From: Clostridiales bacterium
GTDB lineage: Bacteria > Bacillota > Clostridia > Oscillospirales > CAG-272
Assembly (NCBI GenBank): GCA_012522015.1
Contig: JAAYLD010000066.1
Span: 1 to 63,822, forward strand
DNA length: 63,822 bases
Reading direction: 5' to 3'
Shown here one piece after another: positions 58,757 through 63,822 of the stretch. The notes under the pieces are model-generated. The model had not been told where the DNA came from, did not search any database, and was given only the letters and a program-made list of their open reading frames with translations. The position numbers were made by a program, and so were the translations under genes. Every line of letters starts with the position of its first letter. Within the stretch, counting starts at the first letter, position 1.

Positions 58757-60001
58757 TTTGCTTTCATCTGTCACGCGGTCAAGGAAGGCGACCCATTTTA
58801 TTGCCGCGCGGCCGTCGGGGATGGGATAAATATAATAAAGCCTGCCATTATAGTAAAAATCAAATTCCTCACCGAGCGTTATCGGAAATGCTATTATTTT
58901 TTCTGTCGGTATGGATAGCGTAATATTCTCCCCGAAGACACAGCCGTCAAAATAAAGAGCATGTCTGTCAAGCTTCACTTCTGCAACACCTGCGTTTTTG
59001 TCCATATTGCCCTCACTGTTAACGCAGCCAACGCGAGCATGGCACTCAAGCGGAGAGTTAAGATTAATTTTATCGCACTGCCACTCGTACCAGTCTGATA
59101 TTGTATCAAACGGGGCGCCGGATAAGCGGTAGTACTCGTCAAGCGTTGCATCAAGCCCGCAGGGGCAGCGTATGTGACCCTCCGATGTGTCAAGCGTAAA
59201 TTCACTCTCACACAAAGGACATTTATAAAGGATTCTGTCGAGTCCAAGCGTTGTGTCGCGGCATCGATAGCGGACACCAGCCATTGCTACCTCATCGTCG
59301 TGACGGATAGCGTCCGCTATTTTCTTGTGAAGCTCATCCGCTGTCATCGAGCGGACTTCCTCACCTGTCATTAGCTTTTCTGTGCGGATGTGAATTCTTC
59401 CGCGGCGCTTTGATTTCGCCCACTTCGGGAATGTCAGCCCGGCGCCATTGCTTGTGACGATGTAAATATCAAGCCCAAGCCTCCGCGCAAGCTCGGCGGT
59501 GCCGTTGGTGATTCGCAGAGAACGTGCGTACCACGTAAGCCGCCCCTCTGGAAAGAGCACGATTATTCGCCCCGATCTTGCTGCACGTATTATATTAATG
59601 ACTGTCTGCGCGTCAGGGTAAAACATTTTTTTCGTTATTACGTTCAGTTTGCGAAGAACCGGACGGAGCTTCGGTGATGTGAAAAAATGCTCACTGATAA
59701 CATATGTGACGCGATGAGGTAAAAGAGCCATACCGGTTAAGAGAGGGTCATAATTGCTTACGTGCGGCGCTAAAACGAGGGCAGGGCTGCGCATACCGCG
59801 AATTGCACGTTTATCAATAGTAATTCTGTATTTCAGCCGAAGGTATGGCACTACAAATACAGCCGCGATGATGTATAAAAACAGCGACGGCGGTTTTATT
59901 TGATTTTTAGCTTTGTTTTTTCCCTTAGATTTTGCTTTTTTATCGCTTTTTCGGGCAATTTGAGTGGAGGAAACATCAGATTTTTTGCTGTTATCTTTCA
60001 T
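58745..60001 (-). CDS. Lysophospholipid acyltransferase (PlsC-like) with Cys-containing C-terminal domain
   Basis: HVSNYD (HxxxxD) and VLFPEG motifs; C-terminal CPLC...CPC. Confidence 0.88.
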   Translation of the reverse strand: MKDNSKKSDVSSTQIARKSDKKAKSKGKNKAKNQIKPPSLFLYIIAAVFVVPYLRLKYRITIDKRAIRGMRSPALVLAPHVSNYDPLLTGMALLPHRVTYVISEHFFTSPKLRPVLRKLNVITKKMFYPDAQTVINIIRAARSGRIIVLFPEGRLTWYARSLRITNGTAELARRLGLDIYIVTSNGAGLTFPKWAKSKRRGRIHIRTEKLMTGEEVRSMTADELHKKIADAIRHDDEVAMAGVRYRCRDTTLGLDRILYKCPLCESEFTLDTSEGHIRCPCGLDATLDEYYRLSGAPFDTISDWYEWQCDKINLNSPLECHARVGCVNSEGNMDKNAGVAEVKLDRHALYFDGCVFGENITLSIPTEKIIAFPITLGEEFDFYYNGRLYYIYPIPDGRAAIKWVAFLDRVTDESKEKL

Positions 60002-60105
60002 GTTGCGCACAACTCCCCCGCTATAGTCATAGCGGCGCCCCAAAAGGCACCGCATATTCTGTCTATCTCAACTAATATTTATTACTTACTTTTAAAGCAC
60101 CAGAA

Positions 60106-61860
60106 TTATATGTTTGCGTCGTCAGTATCGTCGCTTCCTAATCCTACACGGCTTATTTTGCGGGATGTTGTCTTTTCAAACTCAGTCTTACGCAGTTTGA
60201 TTTTTGCTATACGTTTGTAGGAGGGCAGCTCGCGGTTGATTTTTGCAACTTCCTTGATCATTAACTCAAGGCGTTCCCTTGCGCTCATACCTTTTGTTAA
60301 TTGCTCATCAAGGAACATTTCGGCGTAAAGACCCGTTTCGTCACCATCCTCGTTTTTAAGCGCGTAAACGACAACTTCGCGAATATATGGTATGAATTAA
60401 GGTAACCTTCGATTTCTTCGGGATAAACATTTTTACCGTTTTTGAGGACGATGAGGTTTTTCTTGCGTCCGGTTATAGTAAGGCGGCCGTCTTCACCAAT
60501 ACGGCCATAGTCACCGGTGTAAAAAGCGCCGTCGCGGAGAACTTCTGCCGTTGCTTCGGGATTTTTATAATATCCCATCATAACGACATCGCCCGAAACC
60601 GTTATCTCGCCCTCGCCGTTTTCGTTCGGGTTATCAATTCCGATTTTAACGCACGGAAGTGGAACGCCGACTGTATGGTAGTCATTACAAAAGTCGCGGT
60701 TTGCAGAGACAAGCGGCGAGCATTCGTTATACCATAGCCGTTGATGAGCGTTATGCCGATTGCATCGAAAATTCCGCAAGCTCCGGACGAATCGGCGCGC
60801 CGCCGCAAACGATTTTAATAAGCCTGCCGCCGAAGACCTTGTGGACACTCTCGAAAAGTTCGCGCCGGCGGTCAATGCCTATTTTTCTTAACCTTGCGCT
60901 TATCTTTATGAGTTTACGCAGGCCGTCAGCCTTACCGGCGGCCTCTGCGCTGCTCCAAATCTTTTTATAAAAGTTATCGACGTATGCCGGAACGAGCATT
61001 ATATAGTCAGGCTTATAAAGTTTTAAATTTTCGGCAATGGAGCGAAGATTTTCGTTAATACAGAGTGTTGCGTGCTTTTGAATCGACACAAGAATGTCGC
61101 ATACGGCTTCGTATGTGTGGTTATAGGGTAAAACAGAAAGCCCGGTTGTGTAGACTGTAGAAATCTGCATTCCATAATAAACGGAGGATACAAGGTTGTG
61201 CTCCGATAACATTACGCCCTTTGCAACGCCCGTTGTGCCGGATGTATATACGAGCATTTTAAGCTCGTATTCACCGCGGCGGGCGTCAAGATATGAGCGG
61301 TCGCAACAGTCAGCGCCGAGCCGCCATAACGGATAAGATCCTCTGCCCGGACGGCTTTGTCGTTTTGCAGATTTCTATGTTCATTTTCGGGAAGCCCGAA
61401 TACGATAAACTTACGTATAGCGGGTATTTCATCGGCATACGGGAGAAGCTTGCCCGCAAAATTCTTTGTTAAAAACAGCGCTTCACAGTCACTGTGATGA
61501 ACAATGTTTATTATTTCGCGAACAGGAAGCTCACGGTCGATCGGGACAAAAACGTTATCGCTGCACAGTGTCGTCAGATATGCAAGATCCAGCCGTAGCA
61601 GTTTTCACCTATCATATGATGTGTATATTCCTAAGGCCAAGAAGCGCCATTCCTGTTCCAAGCGCGTCAACAGCGTCGCGGAAGCGTGAATATGTGACCT
61701 CAGTAACAGTGCCTTCTTCGCCTTTGAATTTATAAGCCACGGTGTCCGGTGCTTCTTCTGCGGCAAGGTCGAGCATTTCGCGTATTGAGGAAAAAGGCTT
61801 TACTTCGTAAAGCGGGTAATTATGTTTCAAATTCGTTCCCCTGGGATACATTGTTTCCAT
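60106..61860 (-). pseudogene. Long-chain acyl-CoA/ACP ligase split by six single-base deletions (pseudogene or consensus error)
   Basis: Pieces in different frames carry YTSGTTG, NGYGITECSP, FYTGDYG, ITGRKKNLIVLKNGKNVYPEEIE and KTTSRKISR. Adding 1 nt at about 61615, 61586, 61304, 60770, 60725 and 60393 restores a 586 aa ORF. Confidence 0.85.
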
Positions 61861-61944
61861 AAAAGTTTTGTGTCCTTTCTTTATGCGGTATCAGCCTTTT
61901 ACGCTTCACGCACTGTTAGCAGCGGTTGTGTACGGTGTCCGCTT

Positions 61945-63363
61945 TTATTTTTCAATTCTATAAATTGTTCCCTCGGGGATATCAATGAGTATTATGCCGC
62001 GCGCGGCAAGCTCTGCTCTTATTCTGTCAGCCTCGGCATAATTTTTTGCTTTTTTTGCCTCAGCACGGGCGGCAATAGCTGCCATAATCTCAGGATCGCC
62101 TTCAGTTGTATTTTCAGTTGCGCGTTCGGCATACTTTTTAGCAGCTTCAATTAAGTCAAGAGCAAGTACACTGTCAAAATCAGCAATCGCCGCAAGTTTT
62201 GTCGCGTCAGAAGAATCGGATTTTAAAGTGTCATAAAGGACTGTTATGGCAAGTGATGTATTTAGGTCGTTGTCAAGCGCCTCACGGAAAGAGGCTTTGT
62301 GCGCATCAAGCGCATCGGGGTCGGGGTTGCCAACAGGTTTTAGCTGTGATATACGCGCGATGAGCTTTTCATATGCGGATGCCGCATTGTTAAGCGTTTC
62401 CCACGAGAAGGCGAGTGATTTCCTGTAGTGAGACTGCAGGCAGAAGAATCTATATGCAAGCGGGCTGTATCCTTTTTCTTTGAGAAGCGAAAGCGTAAGA
62501 AACTCGCCCGTTGATTTGCTCATTTTACCGCCCGGTGTATTTAAGTGCATTATATGGAACCAGTGACGGCACCACGGGTGGCCAAGATAAGCTTCGCTCT
62601 GCGCGATTTCATTTGTGTGATGGGGGAAAGCGTTGTCAATCCCGCCGCAGTGTATGTCGACTGTTTCACCGAGATGCTTCATACATATTGTGGAGCACTC
62701 TATGTGCCAACCAGGATAACCCATCCCCCAAGGGCTTGGCCACTTTAATTCCTGATCTTCAAATTTGCTTTTAGTAAACCAAAGCACAAAGTCGGTTTTA
62801 TTGCGTTTGTTTTTATCTTCGCCAACGCCCTCACGGACGCCGACATCAAGGTCTTCGGCGTTGTGACGGCTGAAAACATAGTATTCACTAAGCTTAGATG
62901 TGTCAAAGTATATGTTGCCGCCAGCTTCATATGCATAACCTGTTTCAATTAGGCGCGATATAATCTTAATGCAATCGTCAATACATGCTGTTGCCGGCTC
63001 TACAACATCGGGCCAGCGTATATTGAGAGCGTCGCAGTCGGCACGAAAAGCCTTTGTGTAAAAATCAGCTATTTCAAGCACTGTTTTACGTTCGCGGCGC
63101 GCCCCGCTGACCATCTTGTCTTCGCCTGTATCGGCGTCGCTTGAGAGATGGCCGACGTCCGTTATATTCATCACGCGCTTCACATCATAACCGAGGTAAC
63201 GGAGATAGCGATCAAGCACATCCTCCATGATGTATGAGCGCAGGTTTCCTATGTGAGCGTAATGATAGACAGTGGGCCCGCATGTGTACATGCCGACATG
63301 ATTACCGTTTGCGGGAGTAAACGGCTCCTTTTTCCGAGTGAGGGAGTTATATAGATAAAGCAT
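61945..63363 (-). CDS. cysS: Cysteine-tRNA ligase
   Basis: YTCGPTVY, HIGN, PGWHIECS, FPHHTNE and KMSKS motifs. Confidence 0.98.
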   Translation of the reverse strand: MLYLYNSLTRKKEPFTPANGNHVGMYTCGPTVYHYAHIGNLRSYIMEDVLDRYLRYLGYDVKRVMNITDVGHLSSDADTGEDKMVSGARRERKTVLEIADFYTKAFRADCDALNIRWPDVVEPATACIDDCIKIISRLIETGYAYEAGGNIYFDTSKLSEYYVFSRHNAEDLDVGVREGVGEDKNKRNKTDFVLWFTKSKFEDQELKWPSPWGMGYPGWHIECSTICMKHLGETVDIHCGGIDNAFPHHTNEIAQSEAYLGHPWCRHWFHIMHLNTPGGKMSKSTGEFLTLSLLKEKGYSPLAYRFFCLQSHYRKSLAFSWETLNNAASAYEKLIARISQLKPVGNPDPDALDAHKASFREALDNDLNTSLAITVLYDTLKSDSSDATKLAAIADFDSVLALDLIEAAKKYAERATENTTEGDPEIMAAIAARAEAKKAKNYAEADRIRAELAARGIILIDIPEGTIYRIEK

Positions 63364-63451
63364 ATATTTTTTGCTCTCCTTGTATTGCTTTGTGCTTTTT
63401 ACTTAAGGCTATTTATTTCTACTTACAGCTTTCAGTTTTGTGTGCCGGAGG

Positions 63452-63822
63452 TCAGATTGTTGTGTTATCTGAGCCGTCGCCGCCGTTTATACTATTTTTT
63501 ACTTTGTTTTCACTATTCCTTGAGCGAAGTATGAAAAAAGCGCTCGCAGCGAATATGACAAAGCTTATGGCAACGGTAATCATTATCTCGACGGTGGACG
63601 AATCCTCACGTAGAAAAGGCAGATAATTTGCAGTATTGAAGCCTATGTGCAATAGAATTGGCGCCCAAAGTGAGCGGAAGCGCTCCATCAAGAAGCATAG
63701 AATTAGGCCAATGATGAAAGCGTACATTGTGGCAATGATATGACCGTGTGCAAGCGCAAAGATAGCGGCACACAGCCCGGCCGCGATGGGGGCGCTCATC
63801 GCGCGGCGAAGGCGCGTGTAAA
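63452..63822 (-). CDS. CPBP (CAAX protease self-immunity) family intramembrane metalloprotease, 5' end outside the window
   Basis: AIFALAH and SLWAPILLHIGFN motifs. Confidence 0.88.
   Translation of the reverse strand, partial: YTRLRRAMSAPIAAGLCAAIFALAHGHIIATMYAFIIGLILCFLMERFRSLWAPILLHIGFNTANYLPFLREDSSTVEIMITVAISFVIFAASAFFILRSRNSENKVKNSINGGDGSDNTTI

Noticed and set aside
1-63822. Remaining short overlapping ORFs in the six-frame track
   Set aside because: They lie antisense or out of frame to well-supported genes and show no recognisable motifs.

Overview
A 63.8 kb chromosomal window, most likely from a Bacillota/Clostridia genome; an Oscillospirales/Ruminococcaceae-like lineage is my inference from gene content and order. 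It is mostly housekeeping: feoAB, two tRNAs, rimM-trmD, ptsH-uvrC-rsmD-coaD, a dcw cluster (mraZ-rsmH-ftsL-pbp-murE-murF-mraY-ftsW-murG-ftsQ-ftsZ, without murD or ftsA), tig-clpP-clpX, thrC, apgM-lepB-rbgA-rnhB-yraN, rplS, rnz and cysS. Orphan GH3, GH36 and peptidase genes and several decayed genes are interspersed. I found no CRISPR array, rRNA, transposase, integrase or prophage. The best leads are: (1) an OppA-type lipoprotein that appears circularly permuted; (2) an ftsA-less division cluster in which FtsL, FtsW and FtsQ carry long basic cytoplasmic tails and FtsZ has a very acidic, non-canonical C-terminus; (3) an unrecognised promoter-structured RNA-terminator leader ahead of a cyclase-family gene; (4) a putative exogenous fatty-acid activation system (acyl ligase plus an Asn-Ser-type carrier protein, and a second acyl ligase plus a PlsC-like acyltransferase), whose second ligase is broken by six single-base deletions that may be consensus errors. 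All calls come from manual reading and motif recall; no searches were run.
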